Source of the DNA: Eledone cirrhosa
Taxonomy: Eukaryota
Direction of reading: 5' to 3'
Assembly: GCA_964016885.1 (NCBI GenBank)
Contig: OZ024743.1
Location: 101,246,001 to 101,310,000 of the forward strand
Length of the DNA: 64,000 nucleotides
A model generated the notes under the pieces. The model was not told the DNA's origin. It did not search any database and saw only the letters and a program-made list of their open reading frames with translations. Each line of letters opens with the position of its first letter. Position 1 is the stretch's first letter. The position numbers and the translations under genes are program-made. Of the stretch, positions 39,691 through 52,338 are shown piece after piece.

Positions 39691-40065
39691 CTCTCATTAG
39701 TATATTTCTAATGAGAGACACTACCTCTCATTAGTATATTTCTAATGAGAGACACTACCTCTCATTAGTATATTTCTAATGAGAGTCACTACCTCTCATT
39801 AGTATATTTCTAATGAGAGACACTACCTCTCATTAGTATATTTCTAATGAGAGACACTATCTCTCATTAGCATATTTCTAATGAGAGACACTACCTCTCA
39901 TTAGCATATTTCTAATGAGAGACACTACCTCTCATTAGCATATTTCTAATGAGAGACACTACCTCTCATTAGCATATTTCTAATGAGAGACACTACCTCT
40001 CATTAGTATATTTTTAATGAGAGTCACTACCTCTCATTAGTATCTTTCTATGAGAGTCGCTACCT
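39691..40065. repeat. 34-bp tandem repeat x11, each unit a 10-bp-stem hairpin
   Basis: CTCTCATTAG-TATATTT-CTAATGAGAG-ACACTAC at 39691, 39725 ... 40031. Confidence 0.95.
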
Positions 40066-40985
40066 ATGATCTTCAAATTATTTTGAACTTGGTGGAATTT
40101 AGTAAAATAACTAACTTTCTCATTATTAAGCTGGCGTGAGGGCGGTGGATTGGCAGTATCAGTAGAGCGTCGGACACCTTGCTTTGCTGTATAGAGTTAC
40201 AGCCCTTTACGTTCTGAGTTCAAAACTCGCCAAGGTTAACTTTGCCTTTCATCCTTACGAGGTCGATAAAATAAAGCACCAGTAATGTACTGGGGTCGAT
40301 TTAATCGACTTTCCCCTCCCCAAAGTTTCTGGTCTTGTGATTAAAGTAGAAACAATTATTAAGGTGGTGTTTAAAGATAATTTAACAAAGCTCTTACACA
40401 TAAAATCATTTTTTCTACTTTTGGCACAAGGCTAGCAATTAATCCAGTGTATTACTGGTACTTTATTTTATCGATCCCGTAGATGTAAATGCCAGAAAGC
40501 ACTCCCTCACATCGTCCGGGTCCGGAGTAGCGATATTTGAGCACACTTTCTAGAAGGCGACAGTACTTCCCAAATAAAGAGACGTTCTGAGTAAACGAAA
40601 CGTTAATAGTAAGAAAGTCTTTTCCAACAGAAAGATATTCACAATATACACAAATATATAAATATTTCCGTTTATATTTTAGTAAAATATAAACATTTTA
40701 AAAACAAATGGTTTTGTAAAACCAGGGCCGGTTTCAGGCGGTTTGGTGTCAAAACGGGTAAATATCTTTTACTATTTTTTCAAGAGTGGAAACTTTTCAT
40801 GACCTCTAAGAGAGAAAGGTATCTTGCTCAAACCGGAGATCTGGCCCGAATACTTCCAACAAAGTCTCCGTAAAAGGACGTGTTAAGTCAGATGACGGTG
40901 TTAAGCCGAGAGACAGATTAAGTCTACCACTCAACTAGAGAGCTATATATATATTTATATAAATGCGTGTATCCCTGTTCAGGTG

Positions 40986-41180
40986 CAGACCAGCCAAACC
41001 CTAAAACCCCAAACGGGGAGTACCGTATAAAAAAGTGCCCCAAAACGGGGAGAAATGAGACAAAATGGGGAGATTTTACACAATGAAAGATATACCCATT
41101 TTCACAAGAGAAGACATCTCTCATCCACCCCAAAGTGGGTGGGAGATCTCTCTGTCGGACGAGGAGAGTTGTGAGGTCTG
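40986..41180 (+). mobile_element. MITE with imperfect CAGACC...GGTCTG termini and a candidate 6-bp TSD CAGGTG
   Basis: CAGGTG at 40980-40985 and 41181-41186 flanks the inverted termini. Confidence 0.6.
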
Positions 41181-41249
41181 CAGGTGTTTAGACTAAAGAA
41201 ATGTAGCAGAAAAAGAAAGTTTAGAGTTCACGGATGATAAATTTGGGTT

Positions 41250-43122
41250 TTAAAAATGTGCAAACAGACAATCTGAAACTTTTCTCTTCTAAGGGTTCGA
41301 GGTTGTCAAGTGGATAGCAGATGTACCAAATGGCCTATCATGGAACCCATTTGATGTCTCACAGAAAGAAATTGTTAATAATAAACTATTTAAAAAAAAA
41401 ATTCGCACTGTTGCTTCTTTCTAAGTGCTGAAAATAGAACTTGTTACGATGCGCTTGAAAAATGATATGACACCATGAATGGTTCTAAAGTTGTTCAATG
41501 TTTCATTCTGCATATTATTCAGATGGATATGGCAGACCATAATCTACTCAATTTGTCTTATTAGAACTTCAAAAGGAAAGATGTATTGATATTGGTATTG
41601 GACAACTGGTGCTACTGAGATAATTAATCACATAGGCATGAATATGAAAATTAAAAAAAATGCCTGCACATCAAACAGATAAATAGCAACATTTCTATTC
41701 TCAATGATGAATCAACAAGCCTGGGCATTAAGACTGCTTTAATAGTTTATTTGAAATGTGAAAGTGATAAGGAAAGGTTATTCCCATTTTATATGTTTGG
41801 ACCTAATTGAACCGCTTGACCTGGAAGCTGCAACTTGCTAAACATCTACTGAACTGTCATCAACCAAGTGTTTGACGATACTTACTTAAAAAAGATCCTT
41901 GTTGTGTTTGTGAATAGGGCGAGCGTAATGCTTAGTTTCGAATCTGGGGTTGCAATAATTTTCAAGGAGCATTACTCTGATATGGTAATTTGGCACGATT
42001 TTAATTACTGATTAGAACTTGCAGTAGTTGATTGGACGAGAAAGGTTCATGGGATTTAATCATGTTTACTCATGTATAGATAAATTGTACCCTGTTTAAA
42101 TCATGTCACCTCTATATCAAAATAAATTGTCTGAATATGCCTCTCAACTGGAACAAGAAATTAGAAAAATATGCTGTATTCTGGGCATCATGTTTCAGCA
42201 GTGTTGTAATATTATGAAGCATTGCGCCGTCATTTAGAAAAAAAAAAAAAAAAAAAAAAAACAATGGAAGGTGAAACAATATATGGTGACAGAAAACTCG
42301 CATGAAACTTGTTGAAAAGTGTCTTCAAAGTATGACACGTTGCATGAACTGTCAGGGTGTTTACAGAAACCCTCTAATACGATTGTTTGTGCAGACAAAT
42401 TGGTCCAACGGAGCACAAGATCACTCTAAGTCTAAAGCTTAAAACAGTCTAAAGTCTGTTTTAAGCCAGAAGGCTCATTAGGCCGGTGTTTATCCCGGTT
42501 TCATTGCAGGGTTAAACCCTCAGTTATTACTGGTACTCATTTTCAGTTGAGTATACTGGAGCAACGTGAAATGAAGTATTTTTCTCAAGAAAACAACACG
42601 CAACCCAGCCCAGGAATCGAACCCATGACATTATGATCATAAGTCCAATACACTTACCACTAGGTGATACGTCTCCACAATACAAGATCACTGCATGGAC
42701 TAAATAAAGAAGCACAAGAGACATGTGAAAGAGGGAAGTTTTGAAAAAGTACCTCATCAAGCAACGACCAAATTGCCTCCATTAATCTTTTACAGTCTAT
42801 TTTTAGTCTTATAAACAATTTAGATCACCGCATATTTACGACAAGATCTTTGAGGGGTTCTGAAACGCCAGAACCTCAAAGTATGTATAAATCCCAGCAG
42901 AATGAAATGTGTGTACTTGATAAAGACTATTGGCCTGCTGAAATACTGCCTAATTATGGAAAAGATGCAATATCATCTTTCTGTAAGAGATGTAAATTCT
43001 TTTCTTTCACTATTCTAAACACCTTCAGGGATAACGTGGGGGATTGTGGGTACGACACCATCCAAGATTTATTCCATTTACTGACATGTTCACAACTTAT
43101 TCCTATTATTACTGCTGATTGT
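41250..43122 (+). pseudogene. Highly decayed hAT transposase, KIAA1586/ZNF862-like
   Basis: Manual translation gives ISILNDESTSLGIKTALIVYLKC (about 41690), VIWH..N..LELAV (about 41990) and LIPIITADCE (hAT dimerisation motif, about 43100). It is interrupted by SINEs. Confidence 0.7.
42520..42665 (-). mobile_element. Second tRNA-derived SINE family; another copy at 63690-63835 (+)
   Basis: Minus strand GGGTTCGATTCC B-box..CTTGAGAAAA..CTTCATTTCACGTTGCTCCAGT..ATGAGTACCAG. Confidence 0.65.
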
Positions 43123-43659
43123 GAGGGCGGTGAATTGGCAGTATCGATAGAGCGTCGGACAACGTGCTTCGTAGCAGAGTTGCAGCCCTTTACGTTCTGA
43201 GTTCACATTCCGCAGAGGTTAACTTTGCCTTTCATCCCTATGACGTCGATAAAATAAAGTACCAGTAAGGCACTGGGGCCTATTACTCAAAATTGTTAGC
43301 CTTGTGCCTAAATCAGAAATTACTGCTTTTATTACATTTACTTTAAAACAACAAACTAAAAATTACTCATAAATCATGTTTCAGTCCATATGTTTGTTAA
43401 ACTACACAGACTTCCTTTTGTTAGGAATATGTCACACTGTGGCTGTGGAACTATAGATAAGCAAATAGCACCGGGAGAAGAGTTACCCCAGACACCTTTA
43501 CACAAATTATTCCCAACCCTTTGAAGGAAATTATTGACATTCCTCTTGGATAGCATTTGATGATTAGGTAATTAATTTTAAATTGATAAAATATATAATT
43601 ATCGTCTTTCTCGTTCCTTGCTTGATAATTATACTTGGTGCTACTTTAGCGTGCAGGTG

Positions 43660-44056
43660 CTGGTCATTTACAGGTAAGAATGCAGTCTATCTGGTCATTT
43701 CTCTTTAGCATGCGTTCTACCTAATCATTTACGCTTTAGCATGCGGGCTTCCTGGTCATTTACATTTAAGACTGCAGTCTATCTGGTCATTTATACTTTA
43801 TCACGCATTCTACCTAGTTACATACACTTTATCATGCGTTCTACCTGCACATTTACAGATCAGTGGGCGGTTTGCCTGTACATTTACAGTTCAACGTTGG
43901 TTTACCTGTACATTTACAGATCAGCGAGCGGTCTACCTCAACTAGACAGGAAGATGTTGAGGTAGATGTTCATTGAAAGACCGGTCAGGAGCAATTAGGT
44001 CAAGACAGTAAAAAAAGGGTATGGTAAACCAACTTTGAACTGTAAATGTACAGGTA
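43660..44056. repeat. Degenerate 30-31-bp tandem repeats (CATTTAC...CTACCT) with one inverted copy
   Basis: About 9 diverged units at 43660-43940. 44022-44056 is the reverse complement of about 43873-43905. Confidence 0.6.
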
Positions 44057-44426
44057 CCAATAGAGAGGTCAGATAGACTAAACGAACTGCGGTAAATCAC
44101 ACGCTAAAGAAGCACCTTATATTTTACGGTAATTAGTAATGGGATTTAAACTCGGAGCAATTACTGCAATGCATTTTCCGACGCTCTACCAATTATGTCA
44201 ATTGACCACTGATTTTAACTGAAAGGAGAGAGTAAGTTCAGTAAAAGTTGATTGGAACTGCCCTCAATGTTCAACTAAGGTTCACAATAGGGAGAAGTTT
44301 CTTACATTCACAATAAAGAGAAAAAGGCGTATAGTTGAGCTGCTTCTCATTACTATCTTCGTTTTGTGATGTATATATTATATTTAATCTCTCTCTTTCT
44401 CTTTCTCTCACGATATATATACATAC

Positions 44427-44457
<31 letters not shown>

Positions 44458-44594
44458 ACAAAGGAATTGTGGTAAGGAACCAGATGGACCATAACGCACC
44501 AGAGTACTCAATACTTAGGGTAGTAGAGTGAGAAATAGGAAAAAGTATGACCCCGACAGCAGAGCTCAAGCCGTTTCGGGGTCATACTTTTTCC

Positions 44595-44700
<106 letters not shown>

Positions 44701-44928
44701 TCAAATGTATAGCCAACGAAAGAACCTCAACCTAGTCGTTCGACCTGTTAGAAATAGTAACCAAAACTTCCTCAAATTATATACACCACCACCACCACCG
44801 ACAGATTGTGGTCTTCAAGTACGAATAGTTGATGAATAGAAAGGTTTGTTTTGTCCTGGCTTTAATTTGAACCTTGCATTATTAACTTTATACAGTCATT
44901 CTCCTCTCTGAGACCTTCCTCTCTCACT

Positions 44929-44986
<58 letters not shown>

Positions 44987-45674
44987 GCACTCAGAAGCAC
45001 AGTCTGCCATCTTAAAAAAAGACAATCGGACAACCTAGTTAGTTACAGATATACAAAAAAATACGTTGCGGTGGTGTGGTCACGACTGGAATGTCCTTTT
45101 GATCATAGGCCTGCTCGATCAGAGCTGACCTATAGGTCTAAAGAAAAGCAGCAACAATAACAACAGCAACATCTATAACAACTACAATCATAATCATTGT
45201 CATTATTATGTTTATGTTTAACAAAACAGAACAATGAATCCAAACTGTTGCTGGTTGAATGAATATTTGATAGTTGAATAGATTGCAACAAATATATATA
45301 TAAAGCCTGATGGTAAAATAAAATGTAGGAAAATTACTAAAAAAATAATAATTATAAAGAAAACGAAAAATAAGAATACAATGAAGCGAAACGTATTTTT
45401 TTCTTCTTTTCTTTAAATGGCCGCCATGATAGAGTTATAGTAAAATCTGTTGATAATGTCATTTGTCGACTGGCCGAATATAAACCAGCCAATAGGGTGG
45501 CTCTATATCCTGAGAGCTGTTTCGATTATGTTAGAGATGAAACAATTTACAAGCGAATGACTTCCTTCGCAAAGATGAAAAGAATTCATTAGTGTCGTAG
45601 GAGGAAAGAGAAAAACGAAAATAAAAAACAAAGTCTTTATATATTCATATATATATATATACATATATATATAT

Positions 45675-45800
<126 letters not shown>

Positions 45801-45835
45801 GTATGTGTATGTATGTATATATATATATATATAAG

Positions 45836-45866
<31 letters not shown>

Positions 45867-45912
45867 TTATAATAATATATATATATATTTATAATAATAT
45901 ATATATATATAT

Positions 45913-45950
<38 letters not shown>

Positions 45951-46556
45951 CATATACATATGTATATATATATATATATATGTATATATATTTCGTTTCT
46001 GAATTTGTTTAGCAAGATTCTTTATCTGAAATCGTGTGTTGAAACCGATATTGTTATACTTTGGGAGGGTCATGTTGCCAATAAGAAACACACGCACCAG
46101 TTGCTTTCACTTCAATTTAATTTATTATATATTTATAAATTTACAAATTTATAAATTTCTGGTTGGTTGGTTGGTTCCACAACCAGATAGTTGTTTATAT
46201 ATATATAGTCATAGTTCTTTCGTCACACACTCTGTGACCTCTTCAGTGACTGGGGATTTCTTTCTTCGTTTCTGTGCCTTTCCTTTCTTCTATCCTACGC
46301 CATTTTGTTTGTGTGTGGGTTGCGTGCTCAGTTTGCGCATGCGCCACATCCGGGTGTCTGTGTGTGTTTGTGTTCATTTTTCTATTTTTCTATTTATATT
46401 TTTCTATTTGTTTGTTTATTTATTTATTTATTGTTGGTTGGTTGTTTGTTCTATGTGTGTGTGTGTTTTCATTTTGTCTTGTGTGTGTTTTCATTTTGTG
46501 TGTGTTTTCAATTGTAAGTTGTTTGTTCTATGTGTGTGTGTGTTTTCATTTTGTCC

Positions 46557-49500
46557 TTAATTGTAAGTTGTGATGTTGCTGTTCCACTCATATTTTCTAT
46601 TTAATTTTGGTTTTAATTCTTTTATGCTTACTGCCTCTGTAATTTGCCTAAACATTGCGTCTTTCTTGTGTGTGGATTCTATTTTTATTTCTATGCTCTC
46701 TAATTTACCCCTGTGTTCTATCTTAGCATGTTGGTAGAGCACAGATGATTCTTTATTATCTTGGAGGTCTCGCCAGTGTTCATTTATTCGTTCCCCTATA
46801 CTACGAGCTGTCTCACCTATGTACACTATATTTTTGTTTCTACATTGTCCTTCAGTACATCTTATGCTATATACTACATTTCTAGTTTTACAGTTAATAT
46901 GGGGGCTTATTTTACAGGTTATACATTTCTTATCTATACATGAGGGTCTTTGGAACGGGTATGTCTTGCTAATAAGTGTTTTTACGGAGGTACCAGGTCT
47001 TTCTACTATCTTAATATTGAGATTATGTTTCTTTAGGGCCCTTCTAAATTTGTAGGCTAGTTCGCCTCTAGGGGTTGTATTGATGAACATTACACTCTGG
47101 TATTTATTGCTATCATACCATGAGTTTATTCTATTGGCCTTGTTCTTAGTTCTTTCTATTCTATTCCAAAATTTGCTCCTATACAAGGGGCAGGTCCCAT
47201 TTATGTCATTATTTACCATTTTTTCCCATTTGGTTCTGGCTCCTTTATACACTCTGATTCTATCTCTCTGATTGTAGCCAGAGAACTGCATACGGTGGAT
47301 GAAGTGTTGTATGTGTCTCTCTAGTTCTTCGGGGTTGCACATGCGGGACACATTTCTCATCACCCGTACCAAATCCGCAATCAGTATGTTGATTTTGGTA
47401 TGGTCCGAAATGGCCGAGTTTCGGTGGATCAGGTGTTTGGAAGTCATGGGTTTGGCATAATGGGAATGGAGGATTTGTTTTTGGTTGTTAATTGTATCTA
47501 ACCAGAGCTCTGTGTCTAGTACAGGTAATCGATGGTTGGGGTGTCTACTTGGGTAGTCTATAGTAACTCTAATGCTCTGGTGGATGGAGTTTGCTATTTG
47601 CTGGATGCTTTCCATTGTGTTTTTCTCTAGTTCCTGACTGTTCTTTAGTGGGGGTGTCTTAACTACGATGTTTATATCATCTACGTAGCGGGAGTACATT
47701 ATCAGGGTTAAGCTGTCTTCTAATTGTTCATTAAGTTTTTGTTTAAGTCTACTGTCCCACCATACCATGAATAAGTTAGCTATGTCGCCTGCAATGCTAA
47801 CACCAATGGCTGCTCCTTCCTCTTGGGCATATGTTTTACCATTAAATTTGAACATATGTTCCTTAAGGGTTAATTTTATGCTGGCCCCTACCGCATGTGC
47901 AATCATTTTCTTCAGTTCATCGTGGTTTTCGGGTGTCCGTATGGCTCTGGTCCACCCGTTCCATCTATCTGTGTGGGTTTTCTTGGCCATTGAGGTAATG
48001 GTAGGTGGTCTGCCTCTTGCTGGTCTTGTAGGGCACAGGTTGCTAAGGTCATAAGTGTCTAGGTAACTATTACTATGGGTAAGCTTAAGTAGAAGTCCCA
48101 GCTCACTGGTATCAATCCCACGGAACTCAACCTTGCTCTCGCTGATCATTTCGACGCATTTCTCCACAGCAAAATCCACGTCAATAGATGGATACAGGGA
48201 CACAACATCCATACTGCCTATTATGCAGTTTGTTAGGTCCCCAGATCGGTTACCCGCGCCGATTCTGCTGAGGAGGTCCTCCGTGCTGTCACACACATCT
48301 GGGGACATCTCAATGATGGGGCGTATGATCAGGGAGAGGAAGTAGGACAGTCTGTAGTTACTAGCAATGTTAGCCCCACAGACTGGCCGTGTTGGTGGTC
48401 CCGCGACAGGGTCCCAGCCCGTTTTATGGTCTTTTCGAAGCCCATACAACGCTGGCACGTCATTGTTCCAGGCCTGGAAGTTGTTGGCAGTCCTTTTGTT
48501 GGGCTGCATTATATTTGTCCACATCACCATATGGGCATTGAGGGTTTTTTCTCTATCCTCATGCTCCTGTGGTGTTACCTCTCTTGTGTTAGTGATGTGG
48601 GGTTGCATTGCCTGGATGTAGTTTGGCAGGCTGTCAACCGACATTCTGCCAGACTTGTCTGTTGGAAAGCATGCTATCTCTCCATTACGCGAGCGCTGCA
48701 TGAGCTTACGCAAGCCATTTGCAGATTCTTCTCCCAGTTGCTGGGCCTCTATTCTATTATGCTTCTTGCTATACTGTTCTATAATATTTCTAAGTTCGGA
48801 TTTAGCTATACTAAATTGTGCTTCTGTTTGTTCATCGACCTGCGACGGCAACTGCGTGCGTTTGTTAAATGGCAAAGTCGTGGCGTGGACTCGTCGCAGG
48901 TCGAATGATTTATCGGAGGGGTTATAAAACGGAGAGTTCCAGGCTGCTGCTTTATGTGTACTAGTGCTATTGTTATTGTTAGTTGTGTTGTTTCTATTTC
49001 CACCAACAGCAGCAGCCTCAGCTTCATGGTTGTTTCTATGTCTCTCATAATTACTCCTGTCTCTTTCCACTGGCTCAACGTTGTTATCTACCCTATTTTG
49101 TGTGTCTGTGTGTTCGTCTTGGTTATTCTCTTTGTCCTTAGTCTCCCTTTTCCTTTTAATCCTATTACTTTCTCTTATTTCTCTGATTTCCGTGCTACTG
49201 TCATTACTTGTTTTCTGTGTCTGTGTGTTTGTTAAGATTGTGGTGGTGGTGGGAGGCATTGAATGCGTGTGTGTTGTTGTTGTTGATGTGTGTTGTTGTT
49301 GATGTGTGTTGTTGTTGTCTCCGTGTGTGTGTGTGTTATCGTTGTTGTGTGTGTTGTTATTGTTGTTTGTGTTTGCGTGTCTGTTGTTGTTGTATCTGGG
49401 TATGTTGCTATTGTTGTTGTTGTTGATGTGTGTGTTGTTGTTATTGTTGTCTCCGTGTGTGTTGTTATTGTTGTTTGTGTCTGCGTGTCTGTTGTTGTAT

Positions 49501-49694
49501 CTGGGTATGTTGCTATTGTTGTTGTTGTATCTGGGTATGTTGCTATTGTTGTTGTTATTGTTGTTTGTGTCTGTGTGTCTGTTGTTGTTGGGATGTGTGT
49601 TGTATATGTGTGTGTGCGTATATTGTTGCTTTTGTTTTTGTTTTTGATGCTCCAGCGTAGTTTCGTAAATGATTTTTCTATTTCTGACAGACAA
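46557..49694 (-). CDS. PLE reverse transcriptase plus C-terminal GIY-YIG endonuclease (1045-aa open frame)
   Basis: PTDKSGR, LYGLRKDHK, RPVCGA, SMDVVSLYPSI, GAAIG, RYVDDI, LPVLD, C..C..C..C linker, NVVYSIRC..YIGETARS..ERINEH, RQITEA. Confidence 0.92.
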   Translation of the reverse strand: MSVRNRKIIYETTLEHQKQKQKQQYTHTHIYNTHPNNNRHTDTNNNNNNNSNIPRYNNNNSNIPRYNNRHADTNNNNNTHGDNNNNNTHINNNNNSNIPRYNNNRHANTNNNNNTHNNDNTHTHGDNNNTHQQQHTSTTTTHTHSMPPTTTTILTNTQTQKTSNDSSTEIREIRESNRIKRKRETKDKENNQDEHTDTQNRVDNNVEPVERDRSNYERHRNNHEAEAAAVGGNRNNTTNNNNSTSTHKAAAWNSPFYNPSDKSFDLRRVHATTLPFNKRTQLPSQVDEQTEAQFSIAKSELRNIIEQYSKKHNRIEAQQLGEESANGLRKLMQRSRNGEIACFPTDKSGRMSVDSLPNYIQAMQPHITNTREVTPQEHEDREKTLNAHMVMWTNIMQPNKRTANNFQAWNNDVPALYGLRKDHKTGWDPVAGPPTRPVCGANIASNYRLSYFLSLIIRPIIEMSPDVCDSTEDLLSRIGAGNRSGDLTNCIIGSMDVVSLYPSIDVDFAVEKCVEMISESKVEFRGIDTSELGLLLKLTHSNSYLDTYDLSNLCPTRPARGRPPTITSMAKKTHTDRWNGWTRAIRTPENHDELKKMIAHAVGASIKLTLKEHMFKFNGKTYAQEEGAAIGVSIAGDIANLFMVWWDSRLKQKLNEQLEDSLTLIMYSRYVDDINIVVKTPPLKNSQELEKNTMESIQQIANSIHQSIRVTIDYPSRHPNHRLPVLDTELWLDTINNQKQILHSHYAKPMTSKHLIHRNSAISDHTKINILIADLVRVMRNVSRMCNPEELERHIQHFIHRMQFSGYNQRDRIRVYKGARTKWEKMVNNDINGTCPLYRSKFWNRIERTKNKANRINSWYDSNKYQSVMFINTTPRGELAYKFRRALKKHNLNIKIVERPGTSVKTLISKTYPFQRPSCIDKKCITCKISPHINCKTRNVVYSIRCTEGQCRNKNIVYIGETARSIGERINEHWRDLQDNKESSVLYQHAKIEHRGKLESIEIKIESTHKKDAMFRQITEAVSIKELKPKLNRKYEWNSNITTYN

Positions 49695-50401
49695 CTAATC
49701 ATATTTACCTTCTTGAATGTCGCAAATTTGGGTGGCAGACGTAACACAGACATTTCATTATTATCTATTTCCGTGTTTCCATAAATGTTGGTATTTTCAT
49801 TGTTGAACTCATCAGATAATGAGGTGTCGGCCATGTTGATACCGTCAATTTTGTCGGGATATCTATTGGTATACTCTATAGTATCCCGATTTAGCTTTGC
49901 CTGTTTAAGCCACTTTAATTTTCTGTTAAAGTGCTTATTACATTCTTGAGTAATGTACTGTTCTTCGGGGCGTATAAGGCTTATAAATGTTAGTTTTTCT
50001 GCTGGTGTGGTGATTTTAGATATTTCTTGTATTAGATTACGCTTTAGTTTTTCTTGATGACTTAATTCTCTATAGATCTTCTTTTTTATGTTTAGAATTA
50101 AAGTTCGTTTTAGCCTATCTGCTTGTTTTTTGGTGAGTTGTAATCTTCTAACGTCGGTATTGATGGTGTTGGTGTAGATTCTAGAAGTGGTGCACAGTTT
50201 TATGAAGCGTAGTTGTCGAGATGTTATGGTTTTTCGTAGACAACAGAACATGGTGGTTTTCAGTATCTTGTTAGCCTGGCTAAGGCTTACGATATTTCGT
50301 TTCTGAATTTGTTTAGCAAGATTCTTTATCTGAAATCGTGTGTTGAAACCGATATTGTTATACTTTGGGAGGGTCATGTTGCCAATAAGAAACACACGCA
50401 C
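49232..50401 (-). CDS. PLE N-terminal region, out of frame (-1) with the RT ORF
   Basis: VLRLPPKFA...EIEKSFTKLRW is the usual PLE N-terminal motif. The ORF begins inside the pLTR. Confidence 0.75.
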   Translation of the reverse strand: MRVFLIGNMTLPKYNNIGFNTRFQIKNLAKQIQKRNIVSLSQANKILKTTMFCCLRKTITSRQLRFIKLCTTSRIYTNTINTDVRRLQLTKKQADRLKRTLILNIKKKIYRELSHQEKLKRNLIQEISKITTPAEKLTFISLIRPEEQYITQECNKHFNRKLKWLKQAKLNRDTIEYTNRYPDKIDGINMADTSLSDEFNNENTNIYGNTEIDNNEMSVLRLPPKFATFKKVNMISCLSEIEKSFTKLRWSIKNKNKSNNIRTHTYTTHIPTTTDTQTQTTITTTIATYPDTTTTIATYPDTTTDTQTQTTITTHTETTITTTHTSTTTTIATYPDTTTTDTQTQTTITTHTTTITHTHTETTTTHINNNTHQQQQHTRIQCLPPPPQS

Positions 50402-50736
50402 CAGTTGCTTTCACTTCAATTTAATTTATTATATATTTATAAATTTACAAATTTATAAATTTCTGGTTGGTTGGTTGGTTCCACAACCAGATAGTTGTTT
50501 ATATATATATAGTCATAGTTCTTTCGTCACACACTCTGTGACCTCTTCAGTGACTGGGGATTTCTTTCTTCGTTTCTGTGCCTTTCCTTTCTTCTATCCT
50601 ACGCCATTTTGTTTGTGTGTGGGTTGCGTGCTCAGTTTGCGCATGCGCCACATCCGGGTGTCTGTGTGTGTTTGTGTTCATTTTTCTATTTTTCTATTTA
50701 TATTTTTCTATTTGTTTGTTTATTTATTTATTTATT

Positions 50737-52033
50737 GTTCAAATTTAATGGTAAAACATATGCCCAAGAGGAAGGAGCAGCCATTGGTGTTAGCATTGCA
50801 GGCGACATAGCTAACTTATTCATGGTATGGTGGAACAGTAGACTTAAACAAAAACTTAATGAACAATTAGAAGACAGCTTAACCCTGATAATGTACTCCC
50901 GCTACGTAGATGATATAAACATCGTAGTTAAGACACCCCCACTAAAGAACAGTCAGGAACTAGAGAAAAACACAATGGAAAGCATCCAGCAAATAGCAAA
51001 CTCCATCCACCAGAGCATTAGAGTTACTATAGACTACCCAAGTAGACACCCCAACCATCGATTACCTGTACTAGACACAGAGCTCTGGTTAGATACAATT
51101 AACAACCAAAAACAAATCCTCCATTCCCATTATGCCAAACCCATGACTTCCAAACACCTGATCCACCGAAACTCGGCCATTTCGGACCATACCAAAATCA
51201 ACATACTGATTGCGGATTTGGTACGGGTGATGAGAAATGTGTCCCGCATGTGCAACCCCGAAGAACTAGAGAGACACATACAACACTTCATCCACCGTAT
51301 GCAGTTCTCTGGCTACAATCAGAGAGATAGAATCAGAGTGTATAAAGGAGCCAGAACCAAATGGGAAAAAATGGTAAATAATGACATAAATGGGACCTGC
51401 CCCTTGTATAGGAGCAAATTTTGGAATAGAATAGAAAGAACTAAGAACAAGGCCAATAGAATAAACTCATGGTATGATAGCAATAAATACCAGAGTGTAA
51501 TGTTCATCAATACAACCCCTAGAGGCGAACTAGCCTACAAATTTAGAAGGGCCCTAAAGAAACATAATCTCAATATTAAGATAGTAGAAAGACCTGGTAC
51601 CTCCGTAAAAACACTTATTAGCAAGACATACCCGTTCCAAAGACCCTCATGTATAGATAAGAAATGTATAACCTGTAAAATAAGCCCCCATATTAACTGT
51701 AAAACTAGAAATGTAGTATATAGCATAAGATGTACTGAAGGACAATGTAGAAACAAAAATATAGTGTACATAGGTGAGACAGCTCGTAGTATAGGGGAAC
51801 GAATAAATGAACACTGGCGAGACCTCCAAGATAATAAAGAATCATCTGTGCTCTACCAACATGCTAAGATAGAACACAGGGGTAAATTAGAGAGCATAGA
51901 AATAAAAATAGAATCCACACACAAGAAAGACGCAATGTTTAGGCAAATTACAGAGGCAGTAAGCATAAAAGAATTAAAACCAAAATTAAATAGAAAATAT
52001 GAGTGGAACAGCAACATCACAACTTACAATTAA
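50737..52033 (+). pseudogene. Inverted 5'-truncated duplicate of the PLE RT-EN C-terminus
   Basis: Protein matches the minus-strand copy from FKFNGKTY to the stop, except WWD versus WWN. Confidence 0.92.
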
Positions 52034-52338
52034 GGACAAAATGAAAACACACACACACATAGAACAAACAACTTACAATTGAAAACACACACAAAATGAA
52101 AACACACACAAGACAAAATGAAAACACACACACACATAGAACAAACAACCAACCAACAATAAATAAATAAATAAACAAACAAATAGAAAAATATAAATAG
52201 AAAAATAGAAAAATGAACACAAACACACACAGACACCCGGATGTGGCGCATGCGCAAACTGAGCACGCAACCCACACACAAACAAAATGGCGTAGGATAG
52301 AAGAAAGGAAAGGCACAGAAACGAAGAAAGAAATCCCC

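Noticed and set aside
39691-40065. CRISPR-like palindromic repeats
   Set aside because: The units are contiguous with no variable spacers.
43410-43572. Possible host exon bounded by TTTTGTTAG and AG|GTAATT
   Set aside because: All three plus-strand frames contain stops and no recognisable protein emerges.
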